DNA of 64,000 nt, from assembly GCF_022539665.2 (NCBI RefSeq), contig NC_081331.1, positions 3,720,001 to 3,784,000 on the forward strand, written 5' to 3'. Origin of the DNA: Daphnia carinata. Taxonomy: Eukaryota. The notes beneath the pieces were generated by a model that worked only from the letters and a program-made list of their open reading frames with translations, was not told the DNA's origin and made no database searches. Positions 38,001 to 52,500 of the stretch are shown piece by piece (within the stretch, counting starts at the first letter, position 1; every line of letters begins with the position of its first letter). Made by a program: the position numbers and the translations under genes.

Positions 38001-41000
38001 GCTCTCAGCATCAACCCGTCTCTTTCTTTTTTAATGTAATCCCCTCTTGATTTTGTTTTGGAATAGATGTCGGCAAGCAGATGTAACCCCCGCTGTGATG
38101 TAATTTTTATATGTTGGTGCTCTGATCTTCTTAGGTTTTTTTTTTTTTTATTTTTTAAAGCATCGTGTATACCGGATTGGAACAGCTGCAAACGGTTTTC
38201 CCTTTTTCGGTCTTGTGGCCGCGTTTTTTTCTTATTTCTCGTTTTCTCTCGTCCCGATAACCGCCGTTGGGTCCTCGGTCAGGTTGATAGGCAAATTTCT
38301 CCAGCGACTGATTAAGTACCGAGGCACACATATATCGCGGATGTTCGTAAAAAGCATCGACGTCGTGACACTCGAATTGCACTCTCTTTTGTTTCACGTG
38401 CAAAGCTATTTGTGTCAGACTTGCAACAACAAAAACGAGTTCATGATGTCATTTTATCTTTCGCTTTTGCCTCCGATTTGTTATGTCCTTATGTCGATAT
38501 GTCCCGTTTTTCTTTGTTTTTATTGCACTACACGAATACGCAAACGATTTTGCAGCTGAGTGTTACGAATGTCATGCCCGAGGCCAAGCGCAAATTGCAT
38601 GGCGATGAGCGTTTCGCCATTCTCAGTAAGCGTTTCTAAGTTGCGCATGGGACAATTCGGGTTGTTTATCTGCGTGCGCGTTTGTTGAATTAAGATATGA
38701 ATAATCATTGTAAAGATAGAGGTATAGATCAGCTATAAATGTTATCGACGAGAAATACGCAATCGTTTGATGCAAACCTTTCGCAATGGATTTGCCAGAG
38801 GTACCTTTCTTTTTAAGATTCACGATACTAGTCGTAGCGGTTTTGGATACATGTTTTTTTTTCCTTACTGATGTCGCCTGAGGCCTTGATTGATTCAACA
38901 GAGAGTTTTAATACGATTTCCCGGCCAAATTCTAAACATCCAAGCTCAAACGCTTGTGCAACATTGTGGGACTTGACAACTGGTCGTTGGATTTAGCGCG
39001 TCCAAAGAAAGGCAAATCGTTGGACATTGTCCATTTATAATTTGAATGTCTGACAGGAAACGTTATATATTTTCAAGAAAAAGTGGATACGTTTTAAATT
39101 CAGACTTCCGACTGTGCGAGTACGGGAAAAAAAATAAATTGTTGCCTCGAAGCCGTTTGTTGCCAAAGTTGTCTGGAAAGACGAACGACATGGCACGTTC
39201 TGACTTTTGATTTAGATTAACCAATCTGTGTTGCAAATCGTAGCTTTTCTAATCCTGATAACGAATGCTAGATATCATGACAGGAAAACCACGGGATCCC
39301 GGCGTTCGAATGAGAAGCAGTACGCCAAGCAGATTTTTATGCGAATGCAAAATGTATTGAGTTTTCACCACCAATTTTCAGAGGGTGAACGACCATTTTA
39401 ATATTCTGGTATTATTTTTCAGTTCGTTAGATCTCTAAACAAGTGGCTCGGAGTCGACAGACATCTAAAAAAAAATGTTGGAATAATCACATTAAAAGAA
39501 AACCCATCAATCTGGAGAGCCTTCGACTTGTACACATTGGACGATTCATCTAAAACACTTCTCGAATTCAGTTGATTTCCTTCTGGGGCTGAAATTCAAC
39601 GTAATCGTACGTTCGATTTTACTACGAATCATTGGAAAGCGTTACACAGTTTGAGGATATCTAGTTATATTTATTAACATATAATAGGTCAAGTATTAGT
39701 TCGTTAGAGTGCACAGCGTGAACTGCTAGAAATTTAGTGGCCATCAGCATTTAGAAAATGAGACGTGCAAACAAGGAAAGACGGGCAATAGATTCGCCTG
39801 TGGACATTATCGCTATTCCTTCGCTCCCATTGTAACCTGTTGCGCCACATCGTACACCCATTATTGAAACAAGTCCTAATTGATTTCAAAAAAACAAACT
39901 AAATGTTTTCTATCCTCGAATCAATAGCCTTTTGCGGACGTAAAGTCTTGGTCGATTCCAGACGAGTAGCTATAAGAGCAAATGATTCGTGACCTTACGC
40001 GTTCACGCATTGTCACGTCCATCACCTTATATAGCCGCACGATAATCACGTCAGTCGTTGCGTCGGATCCCAATCAGTCAGAGAAAAGCGGTCGTTGTCT
40101 TAATTCCAAGTAACTCTCTTTCTTTATTTTGGTTGAAAGTCAAGAAGAATGTTAATTCTCTAAATCATCAATAATCCTTCTGTCATTCTCTGTTTTGTTA
40201 TTGGCTTGATTCAGTTGGAAAGTAAGTTCAACAGTTAAAACATGAAGTCACGCTCTTTGCCTTACGTTAAGTCCCCCCCCCCCTCTTTTTTTTTATGGCG
40301 CTGTTCGTAGACTCCACCTATAGCGTTTCAGAAATCAAGAAGCTTTTGTCTCTCGAAAATGATTCTATTATTTTCGGGTTTAAAAAAAAATAAGTCGGCG
40401 GTGATGGCGACATGGCGACGGTAAATCGACAGGTGACGGTTGAGAAGAAGAAAACCGGCGACTTTAGGAGATGCGGGACATGCTGAGAAGAAGGTAGAAG
40501 AACCGGCTTTTTTCTTTTCTTTTAGTCGTAATAGTGTATAGTCATCAGACTCATCCCAGCGTTGTATCCTCTTCTTCTTTTTTTTTTTTTGAAAATAAAA
40601 AGAATTCCGGCTACACACACAACGATGGGACGACGCCCTGTGAAAAAAAAAAAAAACGAATGAAGGCAACATGTAAGGATAGGACCAGCAGTTAGATAGT
40701 GAGGTACAAGAGAGAGTCCTTCCTGTCAGGTGTTGACGAAAATAAAAGAATACAAACAGAGAAACCCACGGCAAATGCCGACTGAAAAAAAAATTGAAAA
40801 TTGACAAAAAAAAAAAAATGAAAATTTATTCAGAAGGTTGGCAACCTGATCTTATTGTTGTCGGTGCGCATAATTTTTCCTGGCACCGGGTTCTTCTATC
40901 TTTCTTCTGCCTCGTTCCGGACAGACTCATGTCGCTGCTTCTTCTGTCCTATAAACGACCTTCAAAACAGGCGGAAGCAGCAGGAACGACACAGTGGCAT

Positions 41001-44000
41001 AGGTGTGCCTGCATGGATGTATAAACTCTCACTATAGAGAACTACGTACGCGCAATAATACAATAGGCAGCCGTCGTCCGATGACGATGGAGGCGGGTCC
41101 GGAACGGAGAAAGCGGATGAACATGATCCACACATAAAAAAAAAAAAATACAAGTTGGTCGTCATTAAAAAAAAAACGAAAAACATTTTTTTTTTTGTTT
41201 GACAGCCAAGTGCACTCGAATATGGACAATGAGCTAGGAGGGTGGAAAAGAAGAAGAAGAAATATCGAGAATGCAATGCGCATCTGTTTGAGTTTCACAG
41301 GTCTTCTGCTGTTGGCTGGAGAGTTCTCAACACCCTCTGAGTAACAGGATCTTTATCGCAATCCATCGGTCAGTGATTTCGATTATTTTTCTGTTTTACG
41401 GGAGGGATATTTTTGATTCTAATTGGAACCGATTGACCGACTAGACGCCGATAACGCGGGACACACAAAATAAAACAGGAATACAAAATACTAATTCAAA
41501 ACCCGCTTTCAAAAAAAAATATATCCACATGAAATGGTATTGAATATTTTTCTTTTTGAAAACAAAAAAAAAGAAAAACGTTTGGTCGTTCCCAAATAGA
41601 CTGAAAAACATTTCTTAAGAAAAATTTGAAAGTGGAATGCGCCAGTCGAAACAAATAACCGAAAAAATCACGCCTCTAATCGAATAGTTGAAAGAGTGAT
41701 GAGTTTTCTGCTCGCCCTAGCGCACGTATATTCGGCCGAGTGATGAGTGCAAAGAGCTGGCCAGACATTACAAACTCTGCTGTGGGTCTCCCTTTTTTTT
41801 CTTTCTTTCTCCTACCCTCAACTCCCCCTTCTAAAGAGACGATTTTTCGGGGTGCAATATCAACAACATCGGGAACAAGTTGTCATCGGCTCGTCGAAGG
41901 CGCACGGCGCCACATCAACATCCAACAGAAAACGAAAATAAAAAAATAAAAAAATAAAAAAAGAAAGAAAAATAAAATGATGGAAAAGAAGGGAGAGTGG
42001 ACGATATAATGTGGTGGAGCTGGCTGTCGTCAACGGTGCCCACCTTCATCCGTCCATTTCGGGTGCAAGCGCAGAGAGAGCGTACTCAGTTGACGGCCAA
42101 ACTGGCTGCCCCACCATCCGGAGCTAAATCGAGCATCCAGCTGTTGCTTTGGCTGGTGACTCGATGACATCTGACTTTTTCCTTTTTTATTTTTCGAAGG
42201 AGGTTGTCGACACTACGGCGGTGTAACAGTGATGGTGCCGTTAGTGGCGATAGAAGAAAGGGGAAGGTATAGACGTGACTAACTTGGTTTATTCATTGAG
42301 TGGTGTATACACACACACACACACACACACCCAGGGTTATTGGGTTAAAGCAACTGAAAAATAAAATCTTTTTAATATTTGAAAATGAAAAAAAAAAACA
42401 AAAAAAAACGCGGTTATTACTCATAGTCTAAAGCTTCTTCATTCCAACGTGAAGGAAGGTGGCGCACGGTCCCGACGACAGGGTCGTCATAGCGTGAAAA
42501 TGACTACCCACACGCATCAACATCAAACCGTGTGTTTGAGCTGCGTGATGATGGATGAGAGGCTCTTATAAACTACCAGGTCGTCATGAAAACACGTATA
42601 GAAAGCAAAAAAAAAAAAGCAAAAAAAAAAAAAAAAGATCGTCAACACATTTCCATCAACGCAATTGCACAGCGTCAGGATGAAAAGAAAGAAAGAATTT
42701 TGAAATGAGACATATTCATTGGTTGGAGCAAGAACCTCATCCGGCGTGATCGTAAAAGTCAAACCGGGCAAGGAACTGAAGCCCCTCAGTTCTTTTCTTT
42801 TTCTGTTATGCCTTTTGGATTCTCCCAAACGCCACGGTTGTTTCGTCATGTGTGTCCTCACAAAATAGCTCGTGTTATTCCTTGTCTTGTGGCTTTTTGT
42901 TTTCGTTTGTTTTGTTTTTTTTCTTGTCATCTTCGTTGATCTCGATCGTTTGAAGCCGAACGAAAGAAACACAAGAAAAGAAAAAAAAAAAACACATTCA
43001 CACAGAGAGAGATAGCCGCCATTGTCTTTGTGTCGGACATAAAAGTTTAGAGAGAGAGCGGTCTCTTAAAGAAGAGGAAAACAAGAATTATATCGTCCTA
43101 CATAAGTTTAAAGGAGAGAAAGAATGGAGCGACCATATCACGATACGTTTGTTGTTGTTGTTGTTCTTTTTTTTTTTAAATCTGAAATTAAATTTAAGAA
43201 AGAGAACCGACCGAGAGGAAGGCGTTGGAAAAAGACAAAATCTCTCGTCAGGAATCCGGATGTTAAATAGGTCATCCACCTGGCGGCCAAGGAAACGCGT
43301 TAACGTCTAATTTTCAATTATTTCTTTTATTTTGCTAACTTGTTTCACCTCCTCCTCCCGATAGCCGTCACATACAATCGTATTCGATTAGCTTAAAAAA
43401 AACGATCGATGATTGGTGACTTTTACGGCGTCACAAATTCCAGCCAATAAAAAAGCCGATCCATGGCAATACGTTAGCCGCGGGAAAAAAAACCGAATAG
43501 CCAACGTTCAACGAAGCGTGCCTCTCTTTTTCTTTAATGAAAAAAAAAAAAAAGAAGAAGAAGAAGAGGAATAAATGGGTGTTTATCTATGGATTGGTGG
43601 AACGAAAACGATTCGATTCGACTCATCGGCTCTTGATTGAATTTGATTCAGCGTGCTGCGTGCCTCTTCGGTCGTTTATTGTTCCCGTGAGTCGGCGTCA
43701 ATGAAGATATTTTATCGGATCTTTTGTCTTTCTTTTTTTCAGCTTCGGTCGCATTGGCGAGACCAATGTTTTCTTCCCAAAACTTCAACAGTTAGATTTG
43801 AAAAAAAAAAGAAAAGAGGGAAGACAGAGTAAGAACAGTATGTCTCTCGTCCGCCGTGACTCTAAAGCCGCCACTGCACGCGGCTGCGTCTATAAAAGCG
43901 GCGGCGGTGAGACCGGGACTTCTTTGCACGTCACTCTGAATGGATGGGATGTTGCCTTATTCTTCCCTCTTTCTCTCACTCGCTGCCCATTAGAGTGAAT

Positions 44001-45370
44001 GACATCTGAGCGCCCTCACGCACGCAGCCAAACGGCAAACGCATCACGTTTGAATAGACACACACACACACACACACACACAGAGAGTCGAACGAGAGAA
44101 GGGGGGGGGGGTAGAGGAACAAAATGGTATGCATATGTTTAAAAGGTATAAACGCAGGTTTCAAATAGTTTTGTGTGTGTGTGTTGTGCAATACGCTGAA
44201 GTAAAAAAAAGGAACACCAACCGTGGTAGATTCCTTACACGTCTGTCGAGTCGATGAGAAAATCGGTTGATGGAAAGGAGTGAGACATTTCATTATCGCC
44301 TGACGGACTCACGGTGTTGTATATAGAAATCACGGCCGTGCGTGGCCGATTTGTTTTATTTTCTGAACACCACCGTCATACGTAGCACACGGTAAATTCC
44401 CCGTGTCGTTTTTTCCTTTTTTTTTTAAATTACAGAACAAGATTGACGTGGGACTGCAGGGAAATGATTTAATTGTTCATTGTCCATCCATCTTCATTTC
44501 GATTAGAAATGGATGTTACACGTTTCTTGATTTTTCTTCAAACTTTGGCCTCCATCACAATTTTTTATAACTGCCAGTACCTACTACGTATTTGGCATTC
44601 CAACGGTCCTCGCCATGAGTTACGTAATTCGTATGCAAAGTACCAAAAAGAAACAAAGAGAAAACACTCGTTGATATACGTAAGCCAAAACAATATAGTT
44701 CCTTTGACATCTCGTCGATGAATCCCAACGACAGAACGCCACGCACAAGAAAAAAAAAAAATATGAACCGATCCTACAAGCGACGGTCACGAAGCGCACG
44801 TTTAAAAAAAAAAAAAAAAAAAAAAATAACAACACGGTATGCATATATTTAGCACAGACGCAAGCGGCGGCCGACTGGTGGGGGCCATCAAATGTCAATA
44901 CAGCTGTGGCGGCAATGGCAGAGCAGGGGACTAATAATAACGGTCATAAAATATCCCCCCGAAACAAGTCTTTGGAACATATTACGGCAGGAACGCCGCC
45001 CTGCTAGAACGAAAAGGAAAAAAAAAAAAAAATTCGTAGCTGGGTGTGTGTATATGTGTCCCGCTGTATAAGAAGATGCAAAGGGGCTATGACTTTACAC
45101 AAGCCGGAACGAAATCAACTGTCGATTTGTCGTGTGGCTGGTTCTCTAAACTTCGGCATCATTAGGATGCCGCATGTTTTGTTGGATCAATATCAAGGCG
45201 TTATTGAAAAAAAAAAAAAAAAAGGTTTGAATGAATGCAAAGTATAGCGGGATAGTCTGACATCAGCCTCTTTTCGGTCCGTGCAACGGCAATTGGCCGG
45301 GACAGTAAGAATCGCACCCAGCGTGCGGTAGTTTGTTGCCCAGTCAGTCACGTCATGATTCAAAACATTT

Positions 45371-45418
<48 letters not shown>
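45371..45418. repeat. Compound (TG)n(TA)n microsatellite
   Basis: Seen directly. Confidence 0.95.
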
Positions 45419-48400
45419 CACATGTGCAGTCCAGTAGATGTCCATGTTTAAAAGCAGCGTTGTGTGACCGCCGAGAAATTATTTGGATTGCCCTACCGTA
45501 TTGCCTCATCATCGATATAAACGGGGATAAAAGCGTCATTTGTCATCTTGCTCCTGATTTCGCGTGCGGTCACATTCTTTTTTACTCGCCGCGGTTTGGC
45601 GGCCGAAAAAGAAATTTCCTGACAGCCCAAAAACTTCTACTTGCACAGCGTGTTCATGTGAGGCTCATATGTTTTTCTTTTTATTTGAAAAAAAAAAAAA
45701 AAAATGGGGTATGTACAACACACGCACAGCCCCAGCAAGAACTTGGAACCGGTTCAAAGGCTTCCAGCCCGCGATGAATTAGCGCCGTATTGAAACGGGC
45801 TCTTTTTTTTTTTGTCGAGCTAAAAGAAAAAAAAAAAAGAAAAGCTTAAAGAACGAAAGAACCTATAAAGCAAAGGGCCGGATGACGTCTCATGGCGACC
45901 CCATAATCTCAGGTTGGTAGTGGCTGTTGTGCACACGGGGAAGTCTTCGCTGTTACTACCACCACCATCCGAAATGTTACGTGTACCATTCCACTACCAG
46001 GATATGCGGTCATAGTACGTCAACGCTTTCCAACATGGTCGCACTTTCCGCACGTCCAATCGAAATTTAGCGACGACATGCGCAATCTTACGCACCGTTC
46101 TTCTATCAAAATGTTTTCTCTATTCTGTTGTTCTATTTCATGTTCTAATGTTAAAGTCGCTAGTGGCAGCCGAATGATTTTCATCGTTTTCGTAATATTT
46201 TAGCATATCGACTTACTTTAAACAGAGAGGACGACATTTCAAAAGTGCGATTATAAGGGGAGAGGCAAACTAATAATATTCCACCGATTTCATGCGGGAT
46301 GCGTGTGTTTGTCACACGATTTCTTTTTGTTCTTTACTGGTTTTTATCGATCCAATCTCATACTCGAATACTTTCTATTGCCAGCAGAACTGTAAACTGA
46401 GAAAAAAAAAAAAAGGGGAAATAATTTCAATAAACAAATAAATTTCTCCCGAATTTCAAATAAATTCGAAGTAAAATATTTTTTAAAAAAACGAGGCATA
46501 AGGTGATGAAGAAGCGAAACGCAAACGAAGAAGAAAAAACTTGGAGGGCGGCCGCGCTTACATGGGGCGCGTATGAGGGATGGTTGTCTCTTATCTCATC
46601 TTCGTTTTCTATGTATATTTATAAAGAAACAGGGACGGCTAGAATCCGTTTAAGGAATTGCTACTCCAGCCAAAATAAAGCTGACCACTCCCGTTTTTCT
46701 TTTCTTTTTTTCTCTGCTCTTGTAACGAGAAAGAGAAGAAAACAGAAGCAGATGATCTTGTATTTTATACACCAAGAAAGAGAAATTTTCAGATTTTGGT
46801 TAATGTCACATCAAATGTGAATCAACGAAACTGGGAGTGGCTCGTGTCATGCCATCCAATCGGACAATCAACCTACATAAACTGACCGACAGAAATGAAA
46901 GACTCGAGTAAGGGAAAAATGAGCCATCAGACAATGAGACGAGAGAAAGAAGAAGTTAGTCTACCCGTGTTACGTGTTTCTTAGAAGACGTTGGTTTCGT
47001 CAGGTGAACCGAAAGGGAGAAATTGTTTCACTTCACTCAACGGGGTAATTGGCTCGTAATCAATTATTCATTCGGGTTAAAAATAAAACCAAACTCATTT
47101 TCGAAGATAATGTTGATCCGGTTGAACGCGAAGCAAGTTCCTCCAGTACGGCATGTAACGTGAAAAGCAGGACAGCGATCGGTACAGGTGAGCTACGTTG
47201 CGAGACCAGTACCTGCGCATGAATTGCGGGAGCTATTAATTAGTCACGAAGCATTCCATTTTCTCAAAAGTTGATTGTTTCTCAGTTATTAATCATAACG
47301 TTGTTTGAATAACTTTGGTTTTTCTTTGTGTACGTTGTTTTTTACTTTTTAGAATAGTATTCCTGTTATTTGCTTTGCCTGACTCGGATTGTCATCGGTT
47401 GGTAACACGTTCCTACGCTCGTAAAAACTGATGGAGAGCAAAAAAAAAAAACAAAAAAAAAAACATAAGGCGATTCCAGTCACCTTATCTCAATCGGTTT
47501 TCATCCAACGGTTCCAGTAGCCGCCCTGCATTTCATTTTTAACTTTTCCATTTTCAATTTTGATGCTTTGAATGTTCTACTTTTTTTCCCCTCTGTTTAT
47601 CGAAACATTTTCCATCGTTACCCGTTATAATCGAATTTCATTGAGTGGGTTGATTGGTAAATGATTAGCTCATATGTGCCAATGGACGCTAAAGAAATTA
47701 AAATATGCGACATTTGTTTGTTTTTTTTACGCATTTCAGACCGGGACGTATAACGAGAAGGCAAAAAATAAACAAACCAGTTCCGGTTTTATTTTCAATT
47801 TTCTACTTCACGTTAATTTACTGATGACGTGCACACAATGCAACAGAAACAACAACAAAAAAACAAAAAGGGAAAACATCAAACAGGAAAAGAGAAATAT
47901 TATACAACTACGGTTCTCTACGAGTAAAAAAAAAAAAGTGAGAGAGAGAGAGAGGAAGGAAAGTACTTGCGGTCGTCACCTGTCTTTCTTTTTTCCCTCT
48001 ATGTAGCTGGTGTCTGTGTGTGCTGTTTGTATCTTTCCTTCTGACCTTTTCTTCTGGCTGCCTGACTCTCTCTCTCAATCTCTTTGGAAAAAAAAAAACT
48101 CGTGCCAACCACCAACAGCAGCATTAGTCTATATATCGTTGGCGCCTCGTCTTTTGCCACATCATCACTCATATAGATACATTTTTTTTTAGCTTACGTG
48201 AATGTATAAAGCGGTGGCCGTAATTTTTCCAAGTTATTTCGCAAAAACTGCGCACGTTTGCCACGTAACCAACACGAATTTCTCTCTGTAGTACTTTCTC
48301 GTTATTCGCTCATGTGACACACATTATCAGCCTCTTTTATTATATGCTATAAATAAATGCTGGAAGTTCGTGATCGAGCCATAATTGTCGTCACAGTTCA

Positions 48401-49340
48401 ATATCGAACCAGAAAAAAAAAAAAAAGAAAAACGGAACTACACAACATTCAATTGGAAGAGAGAGCGCGACCTCAAACGAGAAGTCTGTTTTTTTTTAAT
48501 GACAGTGGAGGGTTATTCATCAGCAGATGGTCAGCAGCAAAAAAAAAAAAAAAAAAACAGAGACTACGTTAGGTACAGTCTGTGTGTTAGCGAGTAAAAG
48601 GGGGTCAGCGGAAGCCCATCTTTAACACAAACAGACAACAAAAGGAGCGAGAAGAGACGTATATACAGTTGTCGGCTGACGGGCGTGAGTCTTTCTATCC
48701 TTGAGGGACCAGTTGTGTCATCAAGAAGCACCTGCTCTGATGTGTCTACTACCTGTAACCTTTCCCTTAGGAGAGGCATTGCCTCGTATACGAAATGTTC
48801 CAAACTCTTCCTAGTTTCCAGCTGTAAAAAAAAAGAAAAGAGACTCTTATCCACACATCGAGAAAAGTCCCTTGTTATTAGCTTATAGGCTTGAGGTTAA
48901 GAAAAAGAAAAACTAAACCTGTGTGATTGAAAGATAAAAGTGCATATGTTCCTAATGTTGTATCATAACTCTTTTCTTTCTTTTAACGCGTATGTTGTGC
49001 GTTAATCGATAAAAATAAAGGATCACGATTTGTGTATTATTGAGCAGTGCGTTACCGCTAGGTAGCTGATTACTTGCTCACTGTTACGCGTGGGAAAAAA
49101 AGGAAATCAGGCAATTAATTCTTTTCGATGAGGCAGTCATGATGATCGAAGACCGGGCCGATAGGTTTTTGGACTAGCCGCCGTGTAATCTCTTTTGAAT
49201 TTTCGATTTATCGATTGAAATAGAATGTGTGAGAGGTGGTAACGAACGCAAGGGTTTTAATAAAGGATGAGTTTCTCTCAGTTACAAGAAGATTTCAAAA
49301 TGAGAAGATTTTGAGGCAAATTGAGGGAAATCCCCCCCGG

Positions 49341-49523
49341 AACCCAAATTTTACGGACTTAAAAATAAGCCCGACAAAAATTAGCCCGACTTTTTTTTAT
49401 TTTTTATTTATTAAATTATAGCAACTAATATGCATCATTTAGATCTAAAATTTAACGAGGATCACGAAAATCTGCTTTATTTTATGGTTGGACTTATATT
49501 TTTTTTAGTTATTTAAACTCAAA
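49341..49523 (+). repeat. Diverged interspersed repeat, copy 2
   Basis: Identical 18-mer at 49454-49471 with similar flanks. Tandem AGCCCGAC x2 (49366-49391) is the reverse complement of the copy-1 tandem. Confidence 0.65.
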
Positions 49524-52500
49524 GTCATAATGAGTTATTACGTCATTGTCACCATTGCTGTTGGCTAGTTACATTCCGACAGCGATTTCGGACAAACTAA
49601 TGTAAACACATAATTGCAAACAGTCTCTGTTAAAACTGAAGGTAGTCCATGAATGTGCATACATTGTCACAAGTGAAAATCTGAATAAGTTTGTGAGAAA
49701 ACGGGCAAAAAACGATCGTCGCATTAGCCAAACGTAGAAAGAAGAAATTGGCCAATTAGAAAAGTATCCTTTTTAATCTCATTTTTCAATCAGCTTCCAG
49801 CTCACGCCCGAGCAACAAGAAAAAAATGGCTCCGTCGCAATACGACAGGAAATGCCGGCCAAGAAGTCCATCAGGTTTTATACACGTGTGACGCTATAAA
49901 AACTCGAACGTGAAAGTGAAAATACAAAGGATCCCCCCCCCCCTTTTTTTTCATGTCTGTGTTGTGTCACATCGGGTGGTGTTGCGATGGGTGGCAAACG
50001 TTCCATCGTTGAAACCTGGAAAACGTGTTTATCTCTTTTTTTTTTTTTTTTTTTGGAAACTGGCAAAATAAAAACGGACAGTTACGCACGGTCTAAGGCA
50101 GTCCACGTTTAGTTTGCTGGTTTAAACCTTTAAAGAAAAAGGCACCGACCATCGTCTTGTTGGTGTCCTATTGGCGAAAAACAAAAATGGAAAGCAGATG
50201 AAAATGGCACTGGAACTTGACTTTCGCGTCCCTCATGTTCTTTTTCCAAAACGTCCAGCAAGATTACACAACGTTTTTAGGTGAACTGGGTTCGCTGGGA
50301 ATGAACCCATTGTTTTGTTTGTTTTTTGTTGTTTTTTTTTTCGCACTAACGCAGGCGATCAATCACAACGATATCGATCAGGTTTTTGTTTTTAGCTGAT
50401 ACCTATAGACTTATATAGGTCCATTAACCCACTTTTATTAGTCAACAGACAGATCGGTATATGCCACGTCTAGTGCGTCCAACTGTCAAAGCCAAAGACG
50501 TTTCGAACGGGGACATAAAATAAAAATCAAGAACACGCGTGTTGTTTCATTTTGCGTACGCCGGGATCACACACAATCACACGCATATTGGGCAGAACAA
50601 ACGAAAAACTCTCTCTCGTTCAAGGAAAAAAAAAAAAAAGAAGGCGCTGAGCAAAAAGAGCCGTTTGTTGTCACGAACGGCACGTCTGCCTGAAGACCAA
50701 AAAGAAGGGGAAAAAAAAAAAAGGAAAATCTTTTTTTGTTCCACGAAAATGTAATATCATCACGACTGACCAATTTTCTCTTTACAGGTACCAACACATA
50801 CCACCGTTGTTTATATGCTTCGATCCGAAAATGTTTATTTTTTTTTCTTAATGCGATAAATTACATCAATCGATTTGAAGCGACAGACATTTCTCCAGGA
50901 TTTGTACAACTCGATGTGAAATCATCGTCGAGTATACATCGGCAAAAAGAAGCCAGACAAAAAGGAAAAAAACCAAGGGGGAAAAAAATAAAAAATAAAA
51001 ACAACTGTCGTGTCACGTTTTGTTGGCCGAGTTGCAACTTTTCTTTACCTCCTCCCTATAGCCAAGCAAAACACGTGATTTTTTTTATTCTTTTTATCGA
51101 CGAGACACATCTCTTAAAATGCTGGCCATACTGATCTCGAACTCGTTTTCAAATCTAAAGACAAATTTTCATTCTTTATTTTATTTATTTATTTATTTAT
51201 TTATTTTTTTTTGTGTGTTCTTTAATATTATTTTAGTTTGTAGTTTGTTTGTAGCGTGCGATGGTTTGTCTCAGAATAAAAGTGTGTCAACCGGACCCCC
51301 CGAAAAAGGGGATCTAAATCAACAGGATTGCCCCGTGTGTTCGTGCTGGAGCGACCGCGATATCTTTTTTCTTTTTTCTCTCGAAACATCGCACACGATT
51401 TTTAAAAATAAGGTGGTGCTGTTTGTATCCAAGCGCCCATTCGGTTTGTAGAAGATAATAATGCGCACATATCCGTTGAAAAGAAAAATTGAGAATATTT
51501 TTTTTATTATTATTTTTTTTTTTTTTCAGAAAATAAAAAAAAAAGGTTACAAAACGTTGTATTCTTCTCTGCTTCTTCGTCTTCAATTTTTATTTTTTGT
51601 GATCGTCATTTTCACCTCTTTCACAAGAAGTCCCTACACGCTTGTATCTCGAGGCTCCCATTCATTTCCGACTAGCACCTGCTGCTTCAATATCGGGGTT
51701 GGAAAGAAGGTCTGGCCCCCATCTCTTTCTCTCTCTCTCTCTCGTCCACAGGTTTTTTCTTTCTTCCTTTTCTTTTCATCTCATTTTTTTTTCGTTGTAT
51801 TTACCTGCTGGTCGTCTTTTTCTTTCTACAAAGAGAGAGAAAGAGAGAGACAGAGAGAGAGAAAAGAGAGAGCACCATCAGCTGAGAGGAAGGTTTTGGA
51901 AGGTCAAGCTGATATTACCCTTCAAGATCTCATATAGCGTCCATGTACTGTACAGCCTGCGTCTCAGGTATTTCTTTTTTTTTTTTTCTATCCCCTTAGA
52001 TATATATATATATATTTATTTCTACACAAGTTTTTTTTTCTTTCTTTCTTAGTCGTCGTGTGTGTGTTTGTATCTCTTTGGTATCTTCTTCTTCTTCTTC
52101 TTCTTATAGTTTCTCTTTTTTTCTGACGGCTGAAAGTTTTTGGCCGAACGGGCCGGACGCGCTTCTAATGCAATGAATCTACTAGCCAGTCACTGTGAGA
52201 GTTTTGTTGGCCTTCTGGCACGCGGTTTAAGAGTTATACGACTCGCTTAAAGACGCATACATCGGGGAAAAAAAAAGAATGTTTGTCTTTCTCCGAATTC
52301 TATCTTTGCTTTGGCATCCTGTTCGTTGGCTGACCACCTCTTTTTCCGATTCATTTCTTTGATTATCTCTTCTTTTTTGGCTTTTTTTTTTTTTTTTAAG
52401 GCTCGTTGTCTTTAGTTTTTCTCGATGGTCGTGATCCGCACCCGTCCTAATTTATGACTCGCTTCCCTCGGTCCGCACTCTTACGCAAACGGACGAGCAT

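Noticed and set aside
39276..39401. Short frame ending ...HHQFSEGERPF, resembling a zinc-finger linker
   Set aside because: No CxxC pair and wrong His spacing; probably coincidence.
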